Both the position numbers and the translations under genes were made by a program. The notes beneath the pieces are model-generated. The model worked only from the letters and a program-made list of their open reading frames with translations, was not told the origin of the DNA and ran no database searches. A stretch of DNA of 64,000 nt from a virus (Duplodnaviria; Caudoviricetes). Within the stretch, counting starts at the first letter, position 1, and every line of letters starts with the position of its first letter. Positions 41,450 to 51,363 of this stretch are shown here, piece after piece. The stretch lies in the IMG/VR virus record IMGVR_UViG_3300033075_001021. One strand, given 5' to 3'.

Positions 41450-42184
41450 TTAATTTGAAAGTGGCGCTTTAATTGGTGGGTGGGATTGATAGTTTTCTAA
41501 TTGAAAATCAAACACGTTATAACAAGATATATCAGTTGGTAAAATATCTTTACATGGATTATGCAATATGTTTAATGTGGGTAACTCAAGAGATACTCTA
41601 GTAATCTGCTCCTTAGCCTGCTCAATATGATTTGAATACAAATGCACATCACCTAAACTACCAATTAGTTCATCTGGAATCATATTCACTTCCTTAGCAA
41701 TAATCTCTAACAACAAACCATAACTTGCTATATTGAAAGGTAAACCAAGAAATGTATCTACTGAGCGTTGGTTCCACATTAGAGAGATTGCTCTGGTTGG
41801 AATGTTATCATCATTTAATGATTTTTTCAATGAGTCCATTTCATCACTGTATCCTCCAAATGTAGAATAAAATTGTTCCCAATCATTTCTAAAGTTCCCT
41901 CTCTTACAACGTATTTCATATCTTTCCCATAATTTCAATTCTCTTGTATAAACTTGAAATCCATAATGACAGGGTGGGAGAACCATTTGGTCTATTTCAC
42001 CTACATTCCAAGCATTAACCATTAACCTACGGCTATCTGGATTTGTTTTGAGTTCGGAGATTAAGTTTGCTATTTGGTCAATACCTTTATTACCGAACTC
42101 ATTATTAAATTCTTTGTCTGTTTTCAATTTTTGTAAAAACTCTTCTTTTGTAAATGGGGTTCCGTCTTCGTGTTTATATTTCAT
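41450..42184 (-). CDS. thyA: Thymidylate synthase, C-terminal half
   Basis: IDQI, PDSRR, LPPCH, QRSVDTFLGLPFN, DVHLYSNH. Confidence 0.93.
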   Translation of the reverse strand: MKYKHEDGTPFTKEEFLQKLKTDKEFNNEFGNKGIDQIANLISELKTNPDSRRLMVNAWNVGEIDQMVLPPCHYGFQVYTRELKLWERYEIRCKRGNFRNDWEQFYSTFGGYSDEMDSLKKSLNDDNIPTRAISLMWNQRSVDTFLGLPFNIASYGLLLEIIAKEVNMIPDELIGSLGDVHLYSNHIEQAKEQITRVSLELPTLNILHNPCKDILPTDISCYNVFDFQLENYQSHPPIKAPLSN

Positions 42185-42456
42185 AACTTTATTTTTCTTT
42201 CTAATGTTGCTGGTTTTCCAGAAATGATTAAGTTCTTTTTTATACCCTCAAAAATTGTAATATCATCATAAGGACTTATAATATATATTATTTCAGTTTT
42301 ATCTTTATTTAATCCCACAGTTAAAGTCTGGTAAGGATGATATGAGTCATAAAATATATCAACTCCGTCAACTACACCTAATTTAACAATACCTTCCCAT
42401 TTCTTGTCGGGTTTAATAAATTCTGGCCCATTACAATCATACTTACTGTCTATCAT
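42181..42456 (-). CDS. Small protein with similarity to a gp23 C-terminal segment
   Basis: GI..LG...G....D.Y.P.....VG....YI..PY pattern. Confidence 0.55.
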   Translation of the reverse strand: MIDSKYDCNGPEFIKPDKKWEGIVKLGVVDGVDIFYDSYHPYQTLTVGLNKDKTEIIYIISPYDDITIFEGIKKNLIISGKPATLERKIKL

Positions 42457-42460
42457 ATAC

Positions 42461-43153
42461 TCAATTTATATAAAACCAATTTTTATATTTTTCTTTATGT
42501 TTCTCTGACCGACCCCTACCTTGTAATATCCATCTAACAGAAAATTCATTCATATTAATAAAGTCCGCAGCCGCTTTAGCGGATTCAAATTCAACACCAT
42601 CTATTGAACATCTCTTGTTTGATGTTGAAGGTAGTTTTTTTCCTTCATATTTTTTTAACTTATCGGTGTTTGCTTTATTTGATATATTTGAACCATTAAA
42701 TCTACCTTTTAACCATCCCCCCTCAACAATTTTCGGGTCATTGGGGAATGCTCGTAGATTTGTTCCGTCAGGTTTATGATACCATTTAGAACCCTTTATC
42801 TTTTCTCTACTAGCGTTTATCTGTGATTCCGATGGTTTGAACTTTTGCCATATTTCTAACATTTTATGTTTAGCATATTCATATACCCTTGAAGATGGTT
42901 TATATCTTTGTTGATTATCTGAATTACGGCACATTGACCAAAAGGCGTACCTTAAATCACTATTTTCTGGATACATTTCATGTAATAACCAATGAATTAA
43001 AAAATGTTCTCTCGCAGTTAAATCCACTAAATTATTTGGTTTATTAGTTCCATTCATACATTTTGGTATAATGTGATGTTTTTCAACATATCCTTCTAAC
43101 TTTCTGTTTTTTGCTCTCTCAATAAGGTCGTCGTGTATTTTTTTGTAGTCCAT
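42461..43153 (-). mobile_element. MobE-like HNH homing endonuclease
   Basis: YKKIHDDLIERAKNR..GYVEKHHIIPKCMNG..NLVDLTAREHFLIHWLL. Confidence 0.9.
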
Positions 43154-43201
43154 AATTACCATTGTTTACTATACATAAATATGGTAATAAATGGAAAAAT
43201 A

Positions 43202-43744
43202 CTACTTATCTTTAACTTTTTTCAAATAATCTTCATAAAGCTCATCATCAGATTTACCATTCCAATTACGCCAACCAGCCCCATACACGGGGCCTAGTTC
43301 ACCCCACTTCTTTGCAAACTCATCATCGGTTTTAATTTTATCAATAAATTCTTCCATTGTAAATTGACCATCTAGTTCAAAGGCAGATAAACCGTTTATT
43401 TCAGTTGGTTGAACTGATTTGATTTTAAAATCATGTGGGTTAGACGAAAACTGTGATTTGTTTAAATAATTCTTATAAGCATCTCCATTCCAAATATGAC
43501 ATTCATCTTCAATTAGTGATTTTATATTGGTGTCACCACGAAGAAACCAAAGCAATTCAGCTACGATACCCTTGAAGTACATTTTTTTGGTTGTAAGCAA
43601 AGGAAACCCATCTTGCATGTTATGACGAATTTGCCAACCAAAAATTGATTTGGTTCCAGTTCCAGTACGGTCTTTCTTACCGTCACCAAAACGAATAATA
43701 AAATCAAGTAATTCTCGATATTGTCTGTCTAAGTTATTTGCCAT
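43202..43744 (-). CDS. thyA: Thymidylate synthase, N-terminal half
   Basis: DRTGTGT, FPLLTTKK, ELLWFLRGDTN, LGPVYG..WRNW. Confidence 0.93.
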   Translation of the reverse strand: MANNLDRQYRELLDFIIRFGDGKKDRTGTGTKSIFGWQIRHNMQDGFPLLTTKKMYFKGIVAELLWFLRGDTNIKSLIEDECHIWNGDAYKNYLNKSQFSSNPHDFKIKSVQPTEINGLSAFELDGQFTMEEFIDKIKTDDEFAKKWGELGPVYGAGWRNWNGKSDDELYEDYLKKVKDK

Positions 43745-43881
43745 TTGAGTTAGTGTTTAAAATGTTGTTATATTCTTCAATTGTCAAGAATTGAGTATCT
43801 CCATTACTTACTTGAACAATTACGCCAGTTGGCTGTTCATCGCTTTCATCTTGAATCCAATTGATAAGCGTTATTTCAAAA

Positions 43882-44121
43882 TTATTCGTATTCATAGTCA
43901 ATGTTATTTTTGTATATCCACAAATGATTGTAAAGATTAAAAATTGTTAATTCAATTTGAAATGCTGGAGTATGTTCACCTAAAAACCTATCAAAATTAA
44001 TCTTAAATTCAAAAAAGGTAAATCCGTCAGAAAGCTTTCGTATTGGGGCAAATAGTTGTATTTCCCAAAGTAATTTCTTTTTTTTCCATAAGGTACCAAA
44101 CAATACAAGTCCGATATTCAT
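43882..44121 (-). CDS. Hypothetical protein
   Basis: 79 aa; start overlaps the stop of the orphan stub (ATGA). Confidence 0.55.
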   Translation of the reverse strand: MNIGLVLFGTLWKKKKLLWEIQLFAPIRKLSDGFTFFEFKINFDRFLGEHTPAFQIELTIFNLYNHLWIYKNNIDYEYE

Positions 44122-44198
44122 ATCTTAACAATTTTACAAGGTTTATTATACTTTTCACAAAGAGAAATGCTATGTTGTGTTCCACGTGAAATACCATT
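44118..44198 (-). pseudogene. Orphaned 3' end of the SLOG/YspA-like gene
   Basis: NGISRGTQHSISLCEKYNKPCKIVKI* vs DQKSKGTLHSINLAKELKKPIRIITF*. Confidence 0.82.
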
Positions 44199-44767
44199 TA
44201 TTTTATAATATTTTTATCTTTTAAATTAAGATATACTGAGCTAATCCAATGTATAAATTCATCGTGATGGTATTTGTTTTTGATGAAATTACATTTTGAA
44301 CAACATGGAACGACATTATCTAAATAATACCCTTTTTCGTTATCTAATCTGTCAATACCATTAAACTTATAAGGTCCATTTAATTTTTGTTTTTTAAACT
44401 CAAAAATAGGTTCAGTTCCGCAATAATAACAATCGGATTCAAAGATTTTAATCATCTCCTCATCGGTTAGATTAAAACTGATTCCTTTAAATTTTGCATT
44501 ATGCCTATAATTGTAAATCAATGCGTTTCGATTAGCTATTCCAAATGCTTTTCTCCTTTTTGCCCCGTAATCAATTTCTTTTTTTATACAACCACAACTT
44601 TTAGTATGGTTATTAACTACTTTAGATGCTTCTACTATTACTATATTTCCACAATCACATTGACACTTATATTTTTTTCTTTTATAAGAAGCTTTTGGCA
44701 TTACTTCAATAATCAATAATTTATTAAATTTTTTTCCGATTAATTCATCTTTCTTATTTTGTTCCAT
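44198..44767 (-). mobile_element. Free-standing HNH homing endonuclease
   Basis: CQCDCG..TKSCGC N-terminal module; CYYCG..GIDRLDN..GY..NVVPCC..CN..K. Confidence 0.88.
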
Positions 44768-44801
44768 TAGTATTACTTTAATAATAAATATAGCAATGGA
44801 A

Positions 44802-45143
44802 CTAAAAGGTTATAATTCGTATCGGTTTTTTTAATTCTTTAGCTAAATTAATTGAATGTAATGTCCCTTTTGATTTTTGGTCCCAAAATGCAATTACATA
44901 ATCAGCATTTTTGATGATATCTTCATTACGTATAAAGCCAGCTGATTTACCATATTTGTCCCATTCAGGTAGAAAGATAAGAGTATCTATGCCGTGTCTT
45001 TCAGCCCACTGTTCACCCATCTTATCAGCACCTTTGGCACCACCTGACACAACCAATTCGATTTGAAAAATCAATGGGTTCAATGTTTCATTTAATAAAT
45101 CAATGTCATTGAACCCACGACTCCCAATAATGGCTAATTTCAT
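44802..45143 (-). CDS. SLOG-family (YspA/DUF2493-like) protein
   Basis: IIGSRGF, VSGGAKGAD, GKSAGFIRN, AFWD.KSKGT. Confidence 0.85.
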   Translation of the reverse strand: MKLAIIGSRGFNDIDLLNETLNPLIFQIELVVSGGAKGADKMGEQWAERHGIDTLIFLPEWDKYGKSAGFIRNEDIIKNADYVIAFWDQKSKGTLHSINLAKELKKPIRIITF

Positions 45144-45370
45144 TATTTGGTCTTTTTTGATTTTACTGGTTTGCTTTTGGCCAACTTTTCAGCCAAGCCA
45201 TCTTTCATCAAAATCGCAACCAATGTTGAATGCTCTTTTGATTTGTAATAAATGGACTTTTCCCTGCGTCCATTAAAAAATGCCAATTGAGTATCTCTAT
45301 CAATGGCGTACCACAAATCTTCATATGGATTGTACCAGAAGATGTAGTTGTAAAGGTTCATGCTATTCAT
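45143..45370 (-). CDS. Hypothetical protein
   Basis: 75 aa in operon. Confidence 0.55.
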   Translation of the reverse strand: MNSMNLYNYIFWYNPYEDLWYAIDRDTQLAFFNGRREKSIYYKSKEHSTLVAILMKDGLAEKLAKSKPVKSKKTK

Positions 45371-45845
45371 GTTCTTCAGTTTTAGGTGTTAAAAAATTGT
45401 TAAGTAATGTTTGTATTTCTTGAAGTGTTTTGCTAAACAGTTCCAATGCTTCTTGTGTTGAATTCTTCCCAAGAGTAATCGCATCATCAACATGCACTGC
45501 GTATTTCATCTTGTCAATTAATTCTCGTCTTTTAGTCTCATAAAGCGCTTTTTCTTCTTTGGCTTTAAGGTCATCGGCTTCCTCAAGTATCTTAGTTGGG
45601 TCAACTTTCTCTAGCTTTTCAAAAGCATACTTTTTAATATGGGTATTGAATACTTGGCCTTGGCTTTCCGCAATTTCTAATCGCATATAGTCGGCTCTGG
45701 AGACACCTTTATATCGATATTTCTGACCTGATTTGAAAATGAGGTCTAAATCGTTAGATTCTGTGTTATACACGGAACCTAGTACATTTGAAGAATCATA
45801 TAATGCTTTTATAAGGCTATCTTTTTCAACTCTTTTTAATATCAT
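45363..45845 (-). CDS. KTSC-domain protein
   Basis: SSNV..YN...L.LIFKSG..YRY.GV....Y..L..AESQG..FN..IK. Confidence 0.8.
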   Translation of the reverse strand: MILKRVEKDSLIKALYDSSNVLGSVYNTESNDLDLIFKSGQKYRYKGVSRADYMRLEIAESQGQVFNTHIKKYAFEKLEKVDPTKILEEADDLKAKEEKALYETKRRELIDKMKYAVHVDDAITLGKNSTQEALELFSKTLQEIQTLLNNFLTPKTEEHE

Positions 45846-46078
45846 AATGTTGTTCTATATGTAATAATGTTATCTAAACTGTAAACCCGATTAGTCGTAA
45901 TAGTATTATCGTTCTCTGATTCAACATTAGATATAATCATAAAGTTACCTGTTAATGTCATTCTAGCATCCAAAAATTCAAGTCTTATACTTGAATTAGA
46001 CCTATTTAAAGAATCCATTAATAAATCTTTACCATTTATAACCAATTCGATTTTTTTATAGGCTATTGTTTCATTCAA
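45842..46078 (-). CDS. Hypothetical protein
   Basis: 78 aa, TTG start. Confidence 0.5.
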   Translation of the reverse strand: MNETIAYKKIELVINGKDLLMDSLNRSNSSIRLEFLDARMTLTGNFMIISNVESENDNTITTNRVYSLDNIITYRTTL

Positions 46079-46094
46079 TATTTACATTTTACAC

Positions 46095-46156
46095 AAAGAT
46101 ACAAATATTTATCGATATAGTCAAGTTGACAATAAAGAAATAAAATCGTATATTTG
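46095..46156. promoter_or_regulatory. Back-to-back host-type promoters
   Basis: + strand TTGACA-N17-TATATTTG; - strand TTGACT-N17-TATCTTTG (TAnnTTTG, Bacteroidota-like). Confidence 0.65.
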
Positions 46157-46169
46157 TAACATAATAGAC

Positions 46170-48683
46170 ATGAACCGTGAAATTTACCCAAAAGTCAAAA
46201 TTATCATCAATAAGGCAATGCAAGAAGCAAAAAACCTAGATGATATTAAAATAAGACCTGAACACATAACACTATCTATACTAAATGATGATAATGAATG
46301 TGTTGATGCTCTTAGGAATTTAAAAGTTGATACAACAGAAGTAGTGGAGAAAATTATTGACTTTCTTAGAAAGGCCGACTTAACACCAAGAGTATCACAA
46401 AGCAAAAGAGTTAGATTACCATTTTCAGATGAATCGAAAGAAATTATCAAAACTCTTGATAAAGAATGTGAAGCTATGAATGATAAGATGATTAACTTAG
46501 CACATCTTATGTTAGCAATATTAGCACATCGAACACCAGCAACTAAAATATTTTCAGAGTTCGGTGTAACATATAACAGTTTTAAAAAAACAATCATGGA
46601 AGACAACAACATCAAAAATGACAGAATCGACGACGATTTTAATGACGAATTTCCAGAAGAACAAGAACGCTTCAGAAGAATGAAAAAGAAAAACGAATCC
46701 ACCAAAACACCCGTTTTAGATAATTTTTGTCGGGACATTTCTAAAGCTGTTGAAAAAGGAACCATTGACCCTGTCGTTGGTCGTGAAAAAGAAATCAAAC
46801 GCATTTCACAAATCCTTTCAAGAAGAAAGAAAAATAACCCAGTATTGATTGGTGAACCAGGCGTTGGTAAAACATCTATCGTTGAAGGTCTAGCCCAATT
46901 AATTAAAGACGGAAATGCACCAAGAACAATTGCCAATAAAAAAGTTTATAGTTTAGATTTAGCTGCAATTGTTGCTGGTACAAAATATCGTGGACAGTTT
47001 GAAGAAAGGATGAAAGCTATCCTTGAAGAATGTAAAGGAAACCCAGACGTAATCCTTTTTATTGATGAATTACACACTATTATTGGTGCTGGTAACGCTT
47101 CTGGTTCATTGGATGCATCCAATATCTTTAAACCAGCATTAGCACGTGGAGAAATTCAAATCATTGGTGCGACAACCTTGGATGAATATCGTGAACACAT
47201 CGAAAAAGATGGTGCCCTTACCAGAAGGTTTCAACAAGTTCTTGTTGAAGAACCAACACTTGAAGAGACAAAAATCATCTTAAAAAACATCAAAGACAAA
47301 TATGAAAAACACCACAAGGTTCATTATACCGATGAAGCTATTGAAGAGTGTGTTAAATTGTCTGACAGATATATCATGGAACGTTCAATGCCAGATAAAG
47401 CAATTGATGTGTTGGATGAAGCTGGCGCTGCAACAAATGTAAGCCTTGAAAAACCACAATCTGTCAAAGACCTTGAACTTAAAAAAATCGAAATCCTCAA
47501 TAGAAAGAAAGAAGTTATCAGCAAACAAAAATATGAAGAAGCTGCTAAACTAAGGGATGAAGGTGCTAAGATTGATGAACAACTCTCAAACGCACTAAAA
47601 GATTGGAGTGCAAGGCTTGAAAAGAAAGTCACCACTGTTGGTGTTGAACAAATTTCTGAAGTGGTATCAATGATGACTGGTATCCCTCTAACCAAAATTT
47701 CAACCCAAGAAAGCAAACGCTTGATGAACCTTGATAAAGAACTAATGGGTCGGGTTATAGGCCAAGATGACGCTGTTACAAAAGTCGTTAAAGCAATCAA
47801 GAGAAGTCGTATTGGTATCAAAGATAAAAACAAACCCATAGGTTCATTCATTTTCTTAGGTCCAACTGGTGTGGGTAAAACCTATCTTGCAAAACTTCTT
47901 GCCGAACATGTTTTTGGTGATGAAGACGCACTTGTTAGAATCGATATGACTGAGTTCATGGAAAAACATACAATATCAAGATTAATTGGCGCACCTCCAG
48001 GTTATGTTGGTTATGAACAAGCTGGTCAATTGACTGAAAAAATTAGAAGAAAACCACACAGCGTTGTATTGTTTGATGAAATTGAAAAAGCACACGAAGA
48101 TGTTTTCAATATCCTTCTTCAAATAATGGATGAAGGTCACATAACCGATGGCCAAGGTAGAAAAGTAAACTTTAAAAACACTTTAATTATCCTAACCTCA
48201 AACGTCGGTGTTAAAGAACTTAGTCAATTCGGTACAAGTGTAGGTTTCCAAACATCCACTTCTTCAACCAATGAAGATGAAAGGGCAAAAACAATTATTG
48301 AAAAAGCACTCAAGAAAAAGTTTAAACCAGAATTCTTAAACCGTATCGATGAATCAATAATCTTTAACGGACTTAAAATGGAAGACATTCAAAAAATCAT
48401 CCACAAAGAAATTGAGAAACTTGAAGCGCGTATTGGTGAAGTTGGTTACAAAATTAAATTGAATAAAGCCGCTATTGAATTCTTAGCCAAAGAAGGTTAC
48501 GATGAAGAGTATGGCGCTAGACCATTGGCAAGAACCATTCAACGTTATGTCGAGGACCCCGTCGCCGACGAAATACTAAGCGGAAATGTTAAAGATGGCG
48601 ATGTAATCAAAATCATCTTTGATAAGACCAAAAATGAGATTGTCGTCAAATCAGATAAGACAGCCAAAGTCGAAGAAGAATAA
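46170..48683 (+). CDS. clpC: ClpC-like Hsp100 AAA+ ATPase
   Basis: Clp N-domain; GEPGVGKT and GPTGVGKT; UVR-like YEEAAKLRD; GYVG pore loop; VGF loop. Confidence 0.9.
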   Translation: MNREIYPKVKIIINKAMQEAKNLDDIKIRPEHITLSILNDDNECVDALRNLKVDTTEVVEKIIDFLRKADLTPRVSQSKRVRLPFSDESKEIIKTLDKECEAMNDKMINLAHLMLAILAHRTPATKIFSEFGVTYNSFKKTIMEDNNIKNDRIDDDFNDEFPEEQERFRRMKKKNESTKTPVLDNFCRDISKAVEKGTIDPVVGREKEIKRISQILSRRKKNNPVLIGEPGVGKTSIVEGLAQLIKDGNAPRTIANKKVYSLDLAAIVAGTKYRGQFEERMKAILEECKGNPDVILFIDELHTIIGAGNASGSLDASNIFKPALARGEIQIIGATTLDEYREHIEKDGALTRRFQQVLVEEPTLEETKIILKNIKDKYEKHHKVHYTDEAIEECVKLSDRYIMERSMPDKAIDVLDEAGAATNVSLEKPQSVKDLELKKIEILNRKKEVISKQKYEEAAKLRDEGAKIDEQLSNALKDWSARLEKKVTTVGVEQISEVVSMMTGIPLTKISTQESKRLMNLDKELMGRVIGQDDAVTKVVKAIKRSRIGIKDKNKPIGSFIFLGPTGVGKTYLAKLLAEHVFGDEDALVRIDMTEFMEKHTISRLIGAPPGYVGYEQAGQLTEKIRRKPHSVVLFDEIEKAHEDVFNILLQIMDEGHITDGQGRKVNFKNTLIILTSNVGVKELSQFGTSVGFQTSTSSTNEDERAKTIIEKALKKKFKPEFLNRIDESIIFNGLKMEDIQKIIHKEIEKLEARIGEVGYKIKLNKAAIEFLAKEGYDEEYGARPLARTIQRYVEDPVADEILSGNVKDGDVIKIIFDKTKNEIVVKSDKTAKVEEE

Positions 48684-48687
48684 AGAT

Positions 48688-48710
48688 AAACCCCACTTTT
48701 TGTGGGGTTT
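48688..48710 (+). terminator. Intrinsic terminator
   Basis: AAACCCCAC-TTTTT-GTGGGGTTT. Confidence 0.7.
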
Positions 48711-48726
48711 GTTATATTTATGAGAT

Positions 48727-49128
48727 ATGAAAGCCACAATAAAAAAATTGTTAAATGAGCGATTATTGGATAAACATTCAGAAGAACAAGTTGCTCTTTT
48801 AAATGAATTTGTTGGATTTGCTGCCGATTTTTTGGGTATCAAAAAACCTAAAATAGTCTTACAATACGGACGTGATGGGTTAACAACTACCGCCGCTTAT
48901 GTTGACGGTAAAATACATGTATATGCAAAAGAAAGGGCGATTGTTGATATTATGAGGTCTATAGCCCATGAGATGACACATCTTAAACAAGACGTTGAAA
49001 AACGCTTAGAAAAGAAGGACCATATTAAAAATAATGCGGCTGGTTCACCAATAGAAAATGAAGCAAATGCCAAGGCTGGGGAAATAATGAGAAAATTTGG
49101 TGAAAATCACCCAGAAATATACATCTAA
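48727..49128 (+). CDS. HEXXH zinc-peptidase-like protein
   Basis: RSIAHEMTH..E.EAN. Confidence 0.7.
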   Translation: MKATIKKLLNERLLDKHSEEQVALLNEFVGFAADFLGIKKPKIVLQYGRDGLTTTAAYVDGKIHVYAKERAIVDIMRSIAHEMTHLKQDVEKRLEKKDHIKNNAAGSPIENEANAKAGEIMRKFGENHPEIYI

Positions 49129-50000
49129 TGAAAGAAGCGTTATTACAGAAAGCAAAAGAACTGGTTAACACAAGACCAATCAAAGGATATTCGGCTAAAC
49201 CACTTAAGGATGCTGCCAATACCGATATGACGTTATTTGCTCAGTATCTTTTAAACATTGCGGAACAAGCTATGGACCCAGCAAGCTTAAAAGCAACCAT
49301 TGAAACTTATACCAAAGATTTAGTTGACATAGCACGATTATTTGCTAAGGAAAATCATGCGCTTAATGAGGAAAAAATAAAGGGTGGTAAAGCAGATAAT
49401 TTATCAATTGATGATATCGCAAAAAAGTTTGACATCAATCCATCTAAAATTAGAAAAGAATTAGTCATGGGGGTGGAAGTTGAATTAGAACATACAGATA
49501 GCAGAACAACGGCCAAGGAAATTGCAATGGACCATTTATCTGAAATTCCAGATTATTACACCAGATTAAAAAAGATGGAAAAAGACGGAAGTAAGAAATG
49601 GACAACAGAATCAACTGTATTAATTAAGAAATTATTACATGAGGGGTTAAAATACAACGCCGCATCAACTTTGCTACTTGACTTTGGTTTTTTAATTTCA
49701 AATAATTTTAGTCAAATAACAAAAATGGGTAAAGATGCAACAGCAACCAAAGAATTAAATCTTATGATGCAGAACCTAAGAAAACCAATCATAAACGGTC
49801 AAAACTATTTTGAAATCACTAAAGATGTTAATTCAGTAATAAGAAATCCAAAAATGTTATCAGCTGTTCTAGGAAAAATAAGAGAGTTTTTAATATATAT
49901 TGAACCTAGAATACAAAAATTTGTTATTGATAATGAATTTAAAAAACATTGGTTGGAAAAAATCAATGGATTAAAATCCCTATATAGAAGTATAATTTAA
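49128..50000 (+). CDS. Multi-module protein containing a DUF5661-like segment
   Basis: GVEVELEHT..AKEIAMDHL.E.PDYYTRL. Confidence 0.65.
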   Translation: MKEALLQKAKELVNTRPIKGYSAKPLKDAANTDMTLFAQYLLNIAEQAMDPASLKATIETYTKDLVDIARLFAKENHALNEEKIKGGKADNLSIDDIAKKFDINPSKIRKELVMGVEVELEHTDSRTTAKEIAMDHLSEIPDYYTRLKKMEKDGSKKWTTESTVLIKKLLHEGLKYNAASTLLLDFGFLISNNFSQITKMGKDATATKELNLMMQNLRKPIINGQNYFEITKDVNSVIRNPKMLSAVLGKIREFLIYIEPRIQKFVIDNEFKKHWLEKINGLKSLYRSII

Positions 50001-50153
50001 ACCAATATATTCGTGACTAAAACATATACGTTTGTTATCAGCATAATGAGCATTGTAAACATTTTTATGTGTCACATCCTTTCTTAATTTTTTATTCTTG
50101 CTTGTTGGTTTCCATAAAGGCGAATGTTCACGGTAATAACCCATACGTGGATG
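49980..50153 (-). pseudogene. Orphaned 3' end of the GNAT gene
   Basis: 40/51 aa identical to the region starting HPRM in 50884..51045; no start codon. Confidence 0.92.
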
Positions 50154-50193
50154 CTTTTACTACTTTTCCACATATTTATTAATAAATTGCAAT

Positions 50194-50910
50194 ATGCCGA
50201 GAAGATTAACAACGCAACAATTCATTGAAAGGGCCAATAAAATTCATAATAACAAGTACGACTATTCAAAAACTAAATTTGTTAATAGTAAAACTAAAGT
50301 TATTATTATTTGCCCAATACATGGGGAATTTGAACAGTTTCATAACAAACATCTATCTAAAAAGGGATGCCCAAAATGCGGTTTTATATCAAGATGTAAC
50401 TTAGCAAGAAGTACTTCACATGATTTTATTACCAAAGCGATAAAAATTCATGGTGATAAATATAATTACGATAATGTTATTTATACAGGTAAAGAAAATA
50501 AAGTAACAATAATTTGTGAAAAACACGGAAGCTTTAATCAAACACCACATAATCATTTAGCTGGAAATGGTTGCCCACATTGTAGAGAATCAAAAGGTGA
50601 ACGTGAAATAAAACAATTTTTAATTGAAAATAATATTAAGTTTATACCACAAAAAAGGTTTAAAGATTGTCGTCACATATTACCACTACCTTTTGATTTC
50701 TATCTTCCTGAATATAATATGTGTATTGAATATCATGGTATACAACATTTTAAACCGAGAAGTAAATTTGGTGGTGAAATTGAATTTAAGAAAGTTGTTT
50801 TAAGAGATAAAATAAAAGTTGAATATTGTATAAAAAATAAAATAAAACTTAATATCATAAAATATAATGACAATCTTTTAGAATTACTTACATCCTATGT
50901 ACTCAAATGA
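50194..50910 (+). mobile_element. Homing endonuclease, DUF723-like zinc repeats plus EDxHD/Vsr-like nuclease
   Basis: Two IH..KY.Y..IIC..HG.F.Q..HL..GCP.C repeats; SKGE; LPFDFYLP..IEYHG.QH. Confidence 0.85.
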
Positions 50911-51363
50911 ACCACAAACCCTTTTATTATCTCCATAGTGATTGTTATAAATATTTTTATGTGTTATGTCTGTTCTTAATTTCTTATGTTTACTAGTTGG
51001 TTTCCACAAAGGTGAGTGTTCTCTATACCAAATCATGCGTGGGTGGGCCGTTCTAGAAAAGTAACGTAACCCCTGTTCTAAGTGAATCTGACCTATTGCA
51101 TCAGAAAACCTTACCCCAATACCCATTCCTTGAAAATCTGGCAAAATAACGGTCCTATGACCCCTCCAAGCGTTTTTCATGTTACCATTAGGTAAAGCAA
51201 GACTGGCACAAAACGCAACAACCTCATCATTCCAAACACCAACATAACATCTTGCGGCCTTATTGATATCTCCACTCAAATAATGATGGTCTTTAAACAT
51301 GGGCCAGATATGATGGCTTGCTGGATAAATCTCAATTTTGATTTCTGGACGGGCAAAAAAAAA
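50884..51363 (-). CDS. GNAT acetyltransferase domain, -1 frame continuation of the ABC ATPase
   Basis: RPEIKIEIY..W.MFKDHHYL; RTVILPDFQGMGIG. Confidence 0.8.
   Translation of the reverse strand, partial: FFFARPEIKIEIYPASHHIWPMFKDHHYLSGDINKAARCYVGVWNDEVVAFCASLALPNGNMKNAWRGHRTVILPDFQGMGIGVRFSDAIGQIHLEQGLRYFSRTAHPRMIWYREHSPLWKPTSKHKKLRTDITHKNIYNNHYGDNKRVCGSFEYIGCK

Noticed and set aside
42185-43201. Group I intron in thyA, as in T4 td
   Set aside because: The insert is almost entirely coding, spacers are under about 50 nt, and no P7-type core is recognisable
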